This document shows, piece by piece, positions 19,101 through 29,342 of a DNA stretch of 64,000 nt. Made by a program: the position numbers and the translations under genes. Source of the stretch: a virus. Location: positions 1 to 64,000 of IMG/VR virus record IMGVR_UViG_3300032307_000705; one strand, given 5' to 3'. Numbering within the stretch: the stretch's first letter is position 1; every line of letters begins with the position of its first letter. The notes below the pieces were generated by a model. That model saw only the letters and a program-made list of their open reading frames with translations, was not told the DNA's origin and ran no database searches.

Positions 19101-20068
19101 TTTGGATATTCTCTAATCTCTTCGGAGGTGGTGTTATATTTTTTTATTTCTTTTACCATCTCTCTCATTAATTCAATATTTTTTTCTCCATGAAAAAACA
19201 AGAGATGTTCTTTATAATAAGGTACTCGTAACCAATTTCCATGAAAATTGAATGTGCCAGGTCCTTTGTATTCTAATTCATTATACATTTTGTTCACGGT
19301 CTCAACACTACCGTTAACATAGATATAAGGTAATCCCTCTTGAATATTATATTTCCAAAGCAAAACATTTGAGATTGTTTCTTCGTCGTATGGGGCATAA
19401 TGACTTATATTGTTTAGAATTTTCGGATGATTACACATCCAATACCATTCATCTAAAAAATCATATGTGTTTTGTCCTGCAACAAAATATCCTGTTTGTC
19501 TATAAAACTTTCTTACTGTTTGGTCAACATTGAATAGTTCGCATGCGTTGTGCTCGAGAGTGTCAGACCATCCACCTCCCAACGCGCCTCCACCACCTCT
19601 ACCATCGTATTTCAAAAATTCATATATCCCTTCAACAAAATAAGGGAATGCCGAGTCTTCTTTGAAATATGAGAATATGGTATCAATTAATGGAGTTGCA
19701 ACAGAATCACTATCGACGTAGCATACTGTGTTAGAATACTTCGATAGGGCATCTTTGATGACTAGTGGTCGTTGAATTAAAATCTTATAAATTGTTGGAT
19801 TTTTTCTATCAATATAGAAATTATTATTATTTTTAAGATAAAGTTCATTCGATAAATCATTAATTTGTAAGTCCCATCTTATTGTTTTGGTATTTGAGAC
19901 TTCAACTTGTTTGTCTGAGTTTATGAGATAGACTATAACAGGTAATTCACTGAATTCTCTAATAGATTTTACGCATTCGGTAAGAATATCAAAATAGTTT
20001 TCAGTTGAACACAAAACGAATGATTTATCGAATTTTGTTATATTTTCATTGGTGTTTGAATTATTCAT
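16124..20068 (-). CDS. four-domain glycosylation enzyme: GT-A-like + polysaccharide pyruvyltransferase + GT4-like + TibC/Aah-like O-heptosyltransferase
   Basis: YVDSD; NWGD..AVRGP.T..GDPALL..SSSLHGLI.SDAYGIP; APHLSTGGMP..KNQ..STWECNPLVIREA; SLGD.I.W..FIGLSSGLSWL.WA..ISNFT..EF..CNGCWN..WCP.H..FEC. Confidence 0.75.
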   Translation of the reverse strand: MNNSNTNENITKFDKSFVLCSTENYFDILTECVKSIREFSELPVIVYLINSDKQVEVSNTKTIRWDLQINDLSNELYLKNNNNFYIDRKNPTIYKILIQRPLVIKDALSKYSNTVCYVDSDSVATPLIDTIFSYFKEDSAFPYFVEGIYEFLKYDGRGGGGALGGGWSDTLEHNACELFNVDQTVRKFYRQTGYFVAGQNTYDFLDEWYWMCNHPKILNNISHYAPYDEETISNVLLWKYNIQEGLPYIYVNGSVETVNKMYNELEYKGPGTFNFHGNWLRVPYYKEHLLFFHGEKNIELMREMVKEIKKYNTTSEEIREYPNIDPSKNWGDIITKFILEHFSGKKLNDEDVFHFDSRGIIPFKNGKIIGTGSLTRFTKPNDYVWGTGCIDNDSIGDIPKKIYAVRGPQTREVLMRKGWEVPEIYGDPALLFPKIYNPKIEKKYKYGLIPHYSDYTTIEGLRVINNIENLGIKIINITSGIYEFIDELLECENILSSSLHGLIASDAYGIPNHIVSISDLIQGGDFKFVDYHLSVKREYHNPIILTNQIALEDLEKLKFEIGDVSIAEQLLEHSPWIDSDCEYFPKSEPKRLRVLYLAPHLSTGGMPSYLLKRIESISSYYPDVEFFLAEFCQYSTLYTVQRDRIKQIIPEERFWTINTLDDHTVENSMKVIDLLKTHFIDIVHVDEMIEGFDSFNKVPDELKHALYDNDRTWRVVETCHNIWFDPGSSKHFHPDAYALCTPYHLQKTFKGMPSHQEVFEYPIENKFRTRIDQVRAQEELELDITKVHIINVGLWTSGKNQGEGIEIARHFENTNVEFHFVGNQASNFESYWGPLMANLPSNVKVWGERNDVETFMKASDILMFNSTWECNPLVIREAASLGLKIIARDLPQYVGMFNGLITPLTDDLLSNVNSLRRLISSSRDYKILDGMTKEFAVKHYNLYNYLLTQEPRKKSKNSTKVNIKQFFINEPFLEIIGESNSEYDIKFFDEFDICHYHNKIKTNHWVKLNRQYFTKWNTKVLEDGVLIYDETLNYEGKRVFINFDSSSLGDTISWIPYVLEFKNTHKCEVVVSTYWNHLFREVYPELEFVEPGSVVYNIFGQYNIGWYYDIKKEPITPNTIPLQQAATNILGLPYKEIKPRISYKIIERPYEEKYVTIATNSTAGCKFWTKEGWQGLINYLHSLGYKVINVSKEDNRFDNCEKIKDIAMDYTMNVIHHSEFFIGLSSGLSWLSWAMGKHVVMISNFTEPDHEFTSNCTRITNPNVCNGCWNSPIYKFDKGDWNWCPVHKGTNRQFECHTSITPEMVINQIQHLLK

Positions 20069-20071
20069 GGA

Positions 20072-21019
20072 TTAACTAAATTTTATAATTTCATTTACTT
20101 TATTGAATACTTGTGAAACGCTCGGGTGACAAACAAATTCTTTTTTATTCTCCAAACAATTAACGATTGGAGGAACTCCACGGATGGAACCCCATTCTCT
20201 CACACCGTATCTCATATCAGATGCACACGCAATTTTACAATCACCATCAACATAGTGGTGTTTATATTCTTGTTTCCCATTTCGGAATGGAGCCCGTAAT
20301 TTCCAATTAATTGAACTTCCAAGTTGAATAATTTCAGAGTCAGTTGTGCCCGCAAGATGTAGAAGACCCGAATCCATAGTAACGAACGCCATACTTTTTT
20401 GTATTAACCACCAAGTTTGTGATATAGTAGTTTGATTCATTAAGTTAAGACCTAATTTAATCGGGAAATCAAAAACAGGTTTTTGAACCATATGCCATCC
20501 AACCTCACTTGAAGATTTACCAACAGAAACTACGGCAATTCCGTTATCATTTAACATGTTTGTCAATAATTTCCATTTTTCATAGTCCCAAGTTCTTGAG
20601 TCCCAACTTTGTACTGGATGGATTAAGATAAATTTATCAGGTAGATTTTCGATTGGTTCCCATTCATCTGGAGTATATTCTACAGTGCATTCTTCAGGTA
20701 ATAATTGAAACCCTAAACCTGATGCGTGAAACTGCCGAATGTCCATTACGTTATGACGTAACCCTAATTTATATTCATTTTCTAAATTAGGGGCAAAACT
20801 GACTAAAAGTTCGAATTCTTCTTGTAACCCTTCCCGTGAAATTTCTGTTGAATTGAAAATTCTGTCAACGTATTTGTTATTCTTGAAGATATTAGGGTGT
20901 TCTGTTAATACGGATATTTTTTTACCGTATGCAAAAAATAATTTACGTAGAGATGGGGTTGAACAAATGGTGTCTCCAAGTCCTCTACATAGATGTAAAT
21001 CTAATAATGGTTCTTTCAT
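20072..21019 (-). CDS. glycosyltransferase family 9 (heptosyltransferase-like)
   Basis: GLGD..C.TP, ILIHP..SW..R.W, VTMDSGLLHLAG. Confidence 0.75.
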   Translation of the reverse strand: MKEPLLDLHLCRGLGDTICSTPSLRKLFFAYGKKISVLTEHPNIFKNNKYVDRIFNSTEISREGLQEEFELLVSFAPNLENEYKLGLRHNVMDIRQFHASGLGFQLLPEECTVEYTPDEWEPIENLPDKFILIHPVQSWDSRTWDYEKWKLLTNMLNDNGIAVVSVGKSSSEVGWHMVQKPVFDFPIKLGLNLMNQTTISQTWWLIQKSMAFVTMDSGLLHLAGTTDSEIIQLGSSINWKLRAPFRNGKQEYKHHYVDGDCKIACASDMRYGVREWGSIRGVPPIVNCLENKKEFVCHPSVSQVFNKVNEIIKFS

Positions 21020-21072
21020 ATTGAACAAATATATGAAAGGTGTGTAGAAAAATCTATTGACTTGGGATTAAA

Positions 21073-21243
21073 TTATCGTTTCTTTTTTTCTTCAGACTGA
21101 TATAATCTGAGGAGTTTGAGAGAATCTTTGTAGCGCTTTTCAAGTTTATCCAATTCTTCAACTGGAACACAAGAATCACATGCATTGTTATATTGTTCCT
21201 CGGCTTCCTGAATAATTTTTTCGATAGTCTTTATAAGTTTCAT
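21073..21243 (-). CDS. 56-aa hypothetical protein (CxxC)
   Basis: Translated by hand: MKLIKTIEKIIQEAEEQYNNACDSCVPVEELDKLEKRYKDSLKLLRLYQSEEKKKR; TATTTATA motif on the minus strand at 21249-21256. Confidence 0.55.
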   Translation of the reverse strand: MKLIKTIEKIIQEAEEQYNNACDSCVPVEELDKLEKRYKDSLKLLRLYQSEEKKKR

Positions 21244-21328
21244 ACACATATAAATATTATTGGGATACTACTTTATTTAGTTTTCAACAAAACTATATTA
21301 TTCAATGTGTAAAAACCTGTAATCTGGT

Positions 21329-21336
21329 TATTTATA
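21329..21336 (+). promoter_or_regulatory. putative late promoter TATTTATA
   Basis: Recurrent motif upstream of the 21355 gene cluster. Confidence 0.5.
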
Positions 21337-21354
21337 TTATAAGAAAAAAATTTT

Positions 21355-24300
21355 ATGTCGAGTTGTGGTACAATCTTAAATAGTGGATACACAGGGTTTG
21401 ATTCAATAACCCAAGTTTATGACTTGGATTTTACGGGGTTAGCTAATGGGTCGTCTATTGATATTACAGTTGGTTCTGTTGAAAGACCTGATTATTTTAC
21501 AGTTCGAATCGATGGAACTCCTGTTGAAAATTCTGGATGGATAGGATTCGCAACCTACGCCGGACCTTGGGGAGCAACCTTGAATGGACCAACTTCATAC
21601 TTTTTTTCAACAATTACTTACGATAATACAAAGTCATATTCAGTTGATATACTCATCGGACCTGCAGATCCAGGTGCTCCAACCTCTGATGCCTATGATA
21701 TCGAAGTTGATTGTGGACCAGCGCCGACACCAAATCCAACACCTGACTCGACTCCTCCTGTAACACCATCAAATACGCCTACTAATCAAACACCAACACA
21801 AACTCCTACAAATACCGAAACTCCAAGTCCCACCCCAACATTAACTCCTACTTCAACTCTTCCCCTTGGACAATGTTGGAGATTACAGTCAGCTCCATTT
21901 GGAGGATGTACATTTGTATATGTAAATCAATTTGGAGGTACAACAACCCTCAACATACCACCAGAAGATGTGGGATTGTGTTTTACAGAGTGTGTTGTAT
22001 CTGTAATAAGTGATGATTGCGGATTCTTAAATGAACTAATTCCTTGTAATGATCCACAATGCGATTGTAGTGCAATTACGCCTACTCCCACCGCTACTCC
22101 AACTGAAACTCCTACCGAAACTCCAACACAAACTCCGACTACTACTACGACTGCAACAAGTGGAACAAGTCCAACCCCTACCGAAACTCCTACCGAAACT
22201 CCTACCGAAACTCCAACACAGACTCAAACTCAGACTGCAACCAATACGAATACTCCAACAGAAACACCAACCCAAACACCTACAGAAACACCAACACAGA
22301 CAGCGACTAATACTGCAACTCCAACTGAGACACCTACGCAAACTCCAACTGAGACACCTACACAAACTCAAACTGCGACTAATACTGCTACTCCAACTGA
22401 AACACCAACCCAAACCGCAACTGCAACTGAAACACCAACATCTACCCCAACAGAAACTCCTACACAGACTCAAACGCAAACCCCAACTCAGACCGCGACT
22501 AATACCGCTACTCCAACTGAGACTCCTACACAGACCGCGACTCAAACCCAAACCCCAACTCAGACCGCGACAAACACTTCTACTCCAACTCAAACTCCAA
22601 CTCAAACTTCGACCCAAACACAAACACCTACACCAACAAATAGTATAGTTGTACAATTCCAAGATTGTACAAATGGTTCAAATATTTTCAGATTTGGTGG
22701 GCCAAGTATTCCAACAGTAATCGGAAATGTATATTATATTACAGGGAGCACTGAGTTTGAGGGTTGTGCCACAATCGTGAGTGGATTCACTGCAGGGCCA
22801 TTATACGATTCTGTAGGAGTCACCTTTACACAAGTACCAACATGTGCTGACTCATTTTGTCCAAGAACTGCCGTCACAGCGGCTTTACTAACAAAGTGCT
22901 CAAATGGTGAAGTGTTATACGCTAACGTAAATGAAGACACTGCATTTGTTGGAGCTGCCTATCTTTACAATGGTGAATGTTATAGTTTTGTGGAATTTTC
23001 TGGACCAGGTGGTCCTGATTTTGGTGATCCTGACTTCGAGGATTGTTTATTATGTGTTCCAACGCCAACTCCAACTAATACTCCACAACCAACACCAACT
23101 AATACTCCAACTATTTCACCGTCCCCTTCGGCATGTGCATTTACAGATTTTTGTTTTTACACGACTTTACCGTCTTTTTCAGGTTACAATGGAAATTACG
23201 AGGTTGCTGGAAATTATAATTCAAGATTGTACTATACAGGAGATGGAATAACTTCTGCGGTCATTTATTACACAGGAAATTATTGGTGTTTAAGCACATC
23301 TTTGGGCGGATCTTGTCTGTTGAGAGGTTCTTACCCTTGTAATTCTCAATGTCCTGATATATCTGCTAACGATTTTAGTGGAGGTATTTGTCCAACACCA
23401 ACACCGACAGGAGTTGATTGTTCTACGTTCGATTTCAATGCGTACTTCGATTGCGCTTATACTCCGCCAGTAACTCCAACTCCAAGTATTGCTTGTGATG
23501 ATGTTAATTTTACAATCAGTTCATTTGGAGTAACTCCAACACCATCCCCCACAGGTAACTTCTGTGTTGGTGTTGGGATTGATTTTAGTTTGAGTGGATA
23601 TACTTCAACCACTCCGTCTGTAACCTTAACTCCTTCGGTAACATTAACGAGAACTGTATCTATTGGAGGCAGTGTATCTTTCGAGTTAATGGATCAAACC
23701 TTCAGTTGTGTATCTGTAAAAGTATTAACTGATTGTAACACAGGTGAGGAATTCTATACTAATGATTCATTATCATTTGCAGGAACACCTGTATTGATTG
23801 GTATGACAATGTTCGTTCAAGTTAATGGAGTAAATCGTTGTGTTGTATATACAAGAGATGATAATAACTTGTCATCTAACAGTAATCTTGGAAGTATTGT
23901 ACAAATTTACTCTTCTTGTGAATTCTGCAGTGTAATACCTACACCAACTCCAACGGTAACATCAACACCAACAAATACTCCAACATCAACTGCGGGTATT
24001 ACACCAAGTGTAACCGCGACTCAAACGGCAACACCATCTCAAACAGCTACAAATGGTACTACACCTCCACCGACACCAACTCAAACTAGAACTCCAACGG
24101 CTACAAACACACCTACACCATCTATAACCGCATCCCCATCGGCTACTCCTAATTTCCTATATGTTTATCAATCTTGTAATCGTATTGGTGGAGGAAGAGG
24201 GACGATAACTCAAGTTATTCAAACTCAACCAGTATCTTTCCCAATTGTTGTAAACGAAACATTCAAAGATAACGATGCTAACTGTTGGTATTTTGTTGGT

Positions 24301-24660
24301 CAGTTTAATACATCTTATATTCCATCACCAAAAGTTACACCAATAAACTTTGGAGGTAATTATTTCACAGGTGTTCCAAGTCAAACTTATTCTAATTGTG
24401 AGACATGCGCAACAGGAAACATCGGGGCTTTCGGAAATAGTGGAGTAAGTGATGTAAGTGTTACGGACGCTTGTTCTGATGCTATTATCAATCCGAAAAC
24501 ATTATATTCAAATTGTCAGACGATTAGTGTTGGGTGTACATTATACACAGATTCAACATTACAGAATGTGGTTAGTGAAATATATGTATTCCACCAAGGG
24601 GCGAATTGGGACTTAAATGGTTCGGGAGTTGTAACTGGATTATCATCAACACAATGTTAA
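21355..24660 (+). CDS. Cys-rich modular protein with long Thr-Pro (mucin-like) linkers; putative virion fibre/decoration protein
   Basis: Several PTxT tracts separating small Cys-paired modules; no signal peptide; late-type motif upstream. Confidence 0.65.
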   Translation: MSSCGTILNSGYTGFDSITQVYDLDFTGLANGSSIDITVGSVERPDYFTVRIDGTPVENSGWIGFATYAGPWGATLNGPTSYFFSTITYDNTKSYSVDILIGPADPGAPTSDAYDIEVDCGPAPTPNPTPDSTPPVTPSNTPTNQTPTQTPTNTETPSPTPTLTPTSTLPLGQCWRLQSAPFGGCTFVYVNQFGGTTTLNIPPEDVGLCFTECVVSVISDDCGFLNELIPCNDPQCDCSAITPTPTATPTETPTETPTQTPTTTTTATSGTSPTPTETPTETPTETPTQTQTQTATNTNTPTETPTQTPTETPTQTATNTATPTETPTQTPTETPTQTQTATNTATPTETPTQTATATETPTSTPTETPTQTQTQTPTQTATNTATPTETPTQTATQTQTPTQTATNTSTPTQTPTQTSTQTQTPTPTNSIVVQFQDCTNGSNIFRFGGPSIPTVIGNVYYITGSTEFEGCATIVSGFTAGPLYDSVGVTFTQVPTCADSFCPRTAVTAALLTKCSNGEVLYANVNEDTAFVGAAYLYNGECYSFVEFSGPGGPDFGDPDFEDCLLCVPTPTPTNTPQPTPTNTPTISPSPSACAFTDFCFYTTLPSFSGYNGNYEVAGNYNSRLYYTGDGITSAVIYYTGNYWCLSTSLGGSCLLRGSYPCNSQCPDISANDFSGGICPTPTPTGVDCSTFDFNAYFDCAYTPPVTPTPSIACDDVNFTISSFGVTPTPSPTGNFCVGVGIDFSLSGYTSTTPSVTLTPSVTLTRTVSIGGSVSFELMDQTFSCVSVKVLTDCNTGEEFYTNDSLSFAGTPVLIGMTMFVQVNGVNRCVVYTRDDNNLSSNSNLGSIVQIYSSCEFCSVIPTPTPTVTSTPTNTPTSTAGITPSVTATQTATPSQTATNGTTPPPTPTQTRTPTATNTPTPSITASPSATPNFLYVYQSCNRIGGGRGTITQVIQTQPVSFPIVVNETFKDNDANCWYFVGQFNTSYIPSPKVTPINFGGNYFTGVPSQTYSNCETCATGNIGAFGNSGVSDVSVTDACSDAIINPKTLYSNCQTISVGCTLYTDSTLQNVVSEIYVFHQGANWDLNGSGVVTGLSSTQC
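22078..22640 (+). repeat. coding low-complexity tandem repeat ([12 protein letters not shown] units)
   Basis: Degenerate 12-nt units such as ACTCCTACCGAA and ACTCCAACTGAG over about 560 bp. Confidence 0.9.
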
Positions 24661-24672
24661 AAAAAATATAAT

Positions 24673-26097
24673 ATGGCTGTACAAGTAACTATAAACGATA
24701 TTTCAGGGCAAACTCCGTATGACATTTATGTTTGTCAGGTAGATGGGTCAGGTTGTTTTTATATATCAACAATAACGGATTCATCATTTCCATATGTTTT
24801 TGATATACCGGCCCCTAATGATACATCTGCGAATTATATGATAAAGGCAATTGACGCAAACAATTGTGTAATATCGGGAACAAGTTCGGTTAATTTCTTT
24901 GTAACTCCAACTCCAACTCCAAGTTCAACACCTTGGAACTATTGCTTTAGTTTTAACGGGGGGTTCAATAATCAACCTGAAGACGCTGTCGAAGATAGTA
25001 GTGGTCGAATTATATTCGTAGGGGGTTTTACAACGTATAGTGGATTACCGTTCAATAGGATAGTTAGAATAAATGGAGATGCGACCGTAGATAATACATT
25101 CAATATAGGTACTGGATTCAACGACGTGGTAACTGAAGTTAAGATACAACCTGATGGAAAAATACTTATTGGGGGTATTTTTACTTCTTATAATGGAACC
25201 CCCGCAAATAAAATTATTAGATTGAATAGTGATGGGACTGTGGATGGTACATTTAATAGTGGTACGGGATTCGATCAAATTATTTATGCAATTAGTATTC
25301 AATCAGATGGTAAAATTTTGGTTGGAGGATTTTTCTCACAATATAACGGAGTTCCTTACAATCGTCTGATTAGGTTAAATAGTGATGGAAGTGTAGATAA
25401 CTCATTTACAATCGGCACTGGGTTCAACAATACTATATTTGACATTAAACAACAGGTTGATGGTAAAAAGTTAATCTTTGGTGGATTTACAATATTTAAT
25501 GGGGTAGCACACAATAGTCTGGTTAGATTGAATAATGATGGTTCGATAGATAATACTTTCAATACTGGAGTTGAATTTAATGGGGCGACTTATTCTGGAT
25601 TAATTGACAATGGAAAAATAGTAGCAGTTGGAGATTTTTTTGAATATAGTGGACAAACAAATCGAAACATTGTGAGACTTAATCAAGACGGATCGATTGA
25701 TAATACATTTAATTCTGGAAACGGATTTACACGGACATCTGGATTATCTTATGCTTTGAGTATATCGAACTATCTTGGTAAATATTTCATCACAGGAGAT
25801 TTTAATACATATAACGGAGGTTCATCAAATGGACTAATAATGCTGAACAATGATGGTAGTATTGACCCTACATTCAATGTGGGTACTGGATTAATTTTTG
25901 GATCTTCTACGGATAACCGTGGGTTTATACTATCTAATGGGATTCATGTTGTATATGGGACATTTATAGGATATAATGGGTATGAGGCTAATGATATTGC
26001 ATTCTTAAACCCATTTGGAACATTATTAAATTGTTTGTTACCCACCCCTACTCCAACGGCAACACCAACATATACTCCAACACCAAGTTCAACTTAA
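24673..26097 (+). CDS. delta-60 repeat beta-propeller protein with Cys-containing N-terminal module and PT tail
   Basis: About 6 repeats of Q.DGKILVGG.F..YNG....I.RLN.DG.VD.TF..GTGF. Confidence 0.8.
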   Translation: MAVQVTINDISGQTPYDIYVCQVDGSGCFYISTITDSSFPYVFDIPAPNDTSANYMIKAIDANNCVISGTSSVNFFVTPTPTPSSTPWNYCFSFNGGFNNQPEDAVEDSSGRIIFVGGFTTYSGLPFNRIVRINGDATVDNTFNIGTGFNDVVTEVKIQPDGKILIGGIFTSYNGTPANKIIRLNSDGTVDGTFNSGTGFDQIIYAISIQSDGKILVGGFFSQYNGVPYNRLIRLNSDGSVDNSFTIGTGFNNTIFDIKQQVDGKKLIFGGFTIFNGVAHNSLVRLNNDGSIDNTFNTGVEFNGATYSGLIDNGKIVAVGDFFEYSGQTNRNIVRLNQDGSIDNTFNSGNGFTRTSGLSYALSISNYLGKYFITGDFNTYNGGSSNGLIMLNNDGSIDPTFNVGTGLIFGSSTDNRGFILSNGIHVVYGTFIGYNGYEANDIAFLNPFGTLLNCLLPTPTPTATPTYTPTPSST

Positions 26098-26109
26098 CAT
26101 TTTATAGAT

Positions 26110-26757
26110 ATGAGTCAACAAGTAACAATAACTTCAGTAACCGCAAACACTCCAGTAGATGTATACTACTGTAATGCATTTAGTGCAAGTTGTGTGTCTG
26201 TTGGAACAGTATCGACTTTTCCGTTTACTTTCTCTGTTCCACCACCATATGACCAAACAAATATTGTTATCAAAATAGAAGATAATAATGGTTGTATTGA
26301 TGGTGAAATAATCTACATCACCCCAACGCCAACATCTACTGTTACTCCTACAGTTACGAAGACACCAACAAACACTCCTACCCCAACTCAGACTCGAACT
26401 AATACTCCGACAGTAAGTCCTACCCAAACAAGTACTCCAACAACAACTCCCACATTCACACCAACACCATCTGTGACACCTGCGTTCTCACTTCATTTGA
26501 TTGGACAAAATACCTTTTCAACTTCAGCAAACACCTGTAGTGATGCACTTACACTTGTAAATTATTACACGTATATTAACCAGGCGAATATTATCCCTGT
26601 GGTTGGAGTAAAGATATATCAAACTGCTTTTGGTGGAACATTATTCAACCCATACAATGGTAATAATCGATTTACTAAATTTACCTTTGGAGGAAACAAT
26701 TATGCTGTTCAGGTAGATGGAGATGGGACAATAACAAGTTTTGTTGCATGTTCATAA
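26110..26757 (+). CDS. PT-linker modular protein
   Basis: N-domain paralogous to that of 24673; central TPT tract; C-domain similar to the C-terminus of 21355. Confidence 0.7.
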   Translation: MSQQVTITSVTANTPVDVYYCNAFSASCVSVGTVSTFPFTFSVPPPYDQTNIVIKIEDNNGCIDGEIIYITPTPTSTVTPTVTKTPTNTPTPTQTRTNTPTVSPTQTSTPTTTPTFTPTPSVTPAFSLHLIGQNTFSTSANTCSDALTLVNYYTYINQANIIPVVGVKIYQTAFGGTLFNPYNGNNRFTKFTFGGNNYAVQVDGDGTITSFVACS

Positions 26758-26820
26758 ACTTCACAAATATATACAAAATATTGTGAGTTCTTATAATTAT
26801 AGGATATAATAAATTAATAG

Positions 26821-29316
26821 ATGTCGGCTTGTACCTGTTATTACATTGAAGTCCCTTATGATTTAGCCACCAGTGGAGGCCAGGATTTATACGTTGTGTA
26901 TACTGACTGTGATGGGCAAGCGGATAGTGCAGTTGCATTGAACTTACCTACCATTAATCTTGGAAGTTCATTTGCATTTTATATTTGTTCATCTATATTA
27001 GATACTCCAACATTCAAATATGGTTTCTTTGGAGATACAGTATTAATTGAAGGAATTACCGTGACTGACACGGAAACCGTTTGTACTAGTAATTCAAGTT
27101 GTTATCCGGTAGTTTCACCCGAACCATCAGCAACACCAACACAAACTCCAACAAATACTCAAACTCAAACTGCGACTATAACGCCAACCCGAACACCAAG
27201 ACCGACTCCTACTATTACATCTTCACCAACTGCGACACCAACTCAAACAAGGACTCCGAATCCAACTCCATCTTCTACCCCAATTTTATGTGGACAAGCG
27301 TTCACTTCAGTAAACCCTGGTAGTACGTATTTTTACACGGATTGTTGTGGCAATTTCCAACAAGGAAATCAGAGTGGATTATCCATTACAATGGATTATA
27401 CCAAGCCATCAAATGGTGTTGTAAAATTGAACATAACTGCTTCAGTTAGTTGCCCAACTCCAACACCAACACAGACTCCAACCACAACACCTACAAATAC
27501 TACTACTCCGACTATTACTCCTACAAGTTCATCAACTCCATCAGTTACAAGAACTCCAACACAAACACCGACTAATAGTCAAGTTTTCTCATTAAAAAAT
27601 AACTGTGATGTGTTTACCCTTTTCGATATGGGAGTGACTTGTTTTCCCATATCCATGCCAAGTTCTTCAAGTTCTTTGGATGGTATTTTATCTTTGAAAA
27701 TTACTGGAGGTACAAGTCCTTATTCTATTTATTGGGAAGGAGGACAGAGAACACAAACTTTGGTTGGTATACCTCAAGGAAATTATCAAGTAACTGTTGT
27801 CGATTATTATGGGGATTATACCGCAAATACTGTTTGTAGTTTGTTTCCTCCAACTGCAACTATTACTCCGAGTCCAACTGCAACACCAACAGTTACTCCA
27901 TCAGGAGTTTGCCCTCAATTGTGTTTAATAGCTTTAAGTACTTCAACCGCTTATGGTCCATTACAATTTAATTGCAATGGAATGAGAAATGGACGAACTA
28001 CTTGGACAACTGTAGATGGACAATATAATATTGTTTGGAACTCCACATTAACGAGATGGGAAGTAACCGGATCTAATCCGACAATACCATTCAACCCTGT
28101 AGGTGGAGGTATATTCATTAGCACATCTTCATCTTCAGTTCCGACTTCAGGTTGGGTCATTGCTGGTGGAGTTAATACATATAGTGTAACTATGACTCAA
28201 GGTGTTTGTCCTTCGGTGATACCAATGCAAGTGGCCTTGTCTGTAAATAATAACTCATGTGATAGTGTTGTGAATTGTGATGGTGATATAACGGTCAATG
28301 CTCAATATGGTTATCCTCCATATCTATTCTCTATTAATGGAGGATCTACTTATCAGTCGACAAATGTTTTTGAAGATTTGTGTGCTGGAACATATACAAT
28401 AACAGTAAGAGATTCTGCTGGTAATACTGAAATAGAAAGTATTACAGTTGGATTCACTCAACAACCTGTAACTTATCAATTGTCCTTGAGTGCTAATACG
28501 TTAGCAACTCAAACCATTACTTTGAGTAATTACAATTCTAATACAACATATTATCAAGTTGTAAGCACTCCACCATTACCACCTGGAGTTACCATACCAT
28601 TCAATTTGACACTATCATCCATAAAAACTTATAACGGACCTGGTACTGGATTAATTACTGATACGTTCTCCATCACTGAGAATGGAGTGACTAAAACTCC
28701 AACAACAACTCAGACAGTAGTTCAGACTGGTAGCAGACCAAATTGTAGTCCTGAAACATTTACTGCGGTTACTGAGGCGGACACCTACCAATTACAGATT
28801 GGACTAAACTCTCCTGTCTTAATAACCAGTACTTCTGTATTGTCTATTACAAGTGGACAAACTAACACTCAAAGCAACTGTATAACTAATCTTCAACAAC
28901 AAATTAGTGCTCAGTTCACTCAAGCAAGTATTAATGGATGTAGATGTTGTACGGTGATTTCTGATACAACTTCGAATACAATTAATAGTAACAGTGTGAA
29001 CTTCAGTTCGACAGGTAATATTCCATCCAAACCATTGGTTGCAACATCTAATGTACTTTGTGGATTTGGAGGAATTAATTCTGTGTTCATCACAGGTATC
29101 GCTGGAGGATCTGGTCAGTACGACATGACAGATACATATTACACAACTTGTAATGATGCGTTGAACGGGATATTCAACTCGATACAAGGAAATACAACAG
29201 ATTATCTTTACGTACCAAATGGAACGGTTTATTTTGGTTTGAGAGATACGAATAATCCAACCAACGTTACTTGTATAACTGTTGTAGTAAATTGCGACTT
29301 CGGACCGATATCATAA
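26821..29316 (+). CDS. Cys/Thr-Pro-rich modular protein with SprB-like repeats
   Basis: DG.L..ITGGTSPYS..W..GNYQVTVVD and CDG.ITV..GYPPY.FSI.GG..LCAGTYTITVRD; PT tracts. Confidence 0.7.
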   Translation: MSACTCYYIEVPYDLATSGGQDLYVVYTDCDGQADSAVALNLPTINLGSSFAFYICSSILDTPTFKYGFFGDTVLIEGITVTDTETVCTSNSSCYPVVSPEPSATPTQTPTNTQTQTATITPTRTPRPTPTITSSPTATPTQTRTPNPTPSSTPILCGQAFTSVNPGSTYFYTDCCGNFQQGNQSGLSITMDYTKPSNGVVKLNITASVSCPTPTPTQTPTTTPTNTTTPTITPTSSSTPSVTRTPTQTPTNSQVFSLKNNCDVFTLFDMGVTCFPISMPSSSSSLDGILSLKITGGTSPYSIYWEGGQRTQTLVGIPQGNYQVTVVDYYGDYTANTVCSLFPPTATITPSPTATPTVTPSGVCPQLCLIALSTSTAYGPLQFNCNGMRNGRTTWTTVDGQYNIVWNSTLTRWEVTGSNPTIPFNPVGGGIFISTSSSSVPTSGWVIAGGVNTYSVTMTQGVCPSVIPMQVALSVNNNSCDSVVNCDGDITVNAQYGYPPYLFSINGGSTYQSTNVFEDLCAGTYTITVRDSAGNTEIESITVGFTQQPVTYQLSLSANTLATQTITLSNYNSNTTYYQVVSTPPLPPGVTIPFNLTLSSIKTYNGPGTGLITDTFSITENGVTKTPTTTQTVVQTGSRPNCSPETFTAVTEADTYQLQIGLNSPVLITSTSVLSITSGQTNTQSNCITNLQQQISAQFTQASINGCRCCTVISDTTSNTINSNSVNFSSTGNIPSKPLVATSNVLCGFGGINSVFITGIAGGSGQYDMTDTYYTTCNDALNGIFNSIQGNTTDYLYVPNGTVYFGLRDTNNPTNVTCITVVVNCDFGPIS

Positions 29317-29330
29317 AAAAACAGAACAAC

Positions 29331-29338
29331 TATTTATA
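29331..29338 (+). promoter_or_regulatory. putative late promoter TATTTATA
   Basis: Motif 4 nt before the ATG at 29343. Confidence 0.5.
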
Positions 29339-29342
29339 GACA

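Noticed and set aside
1-21028. Bacterial O-antigen or capsule locus
   Set aside because: No Wzx/Wzy/ABC export genes, and it is contiguous with phage structural and replication genes and phage-type promoter motifs.
22078-22640. Repeat tract as a CRISPR array
   Set aside because: The units are degenerate in-frame codon repeats with no constant repeat and unique spacer structure; no cas operon is present.
22036-22662. Long alternative-frame and antisense ORFs (208 aa minus, 199 aa plus) over the PT repeat
   Set aside because: Shadows of a stop-poor ACN/CCN repeat; the translations are low-complexity and have no initiation context.
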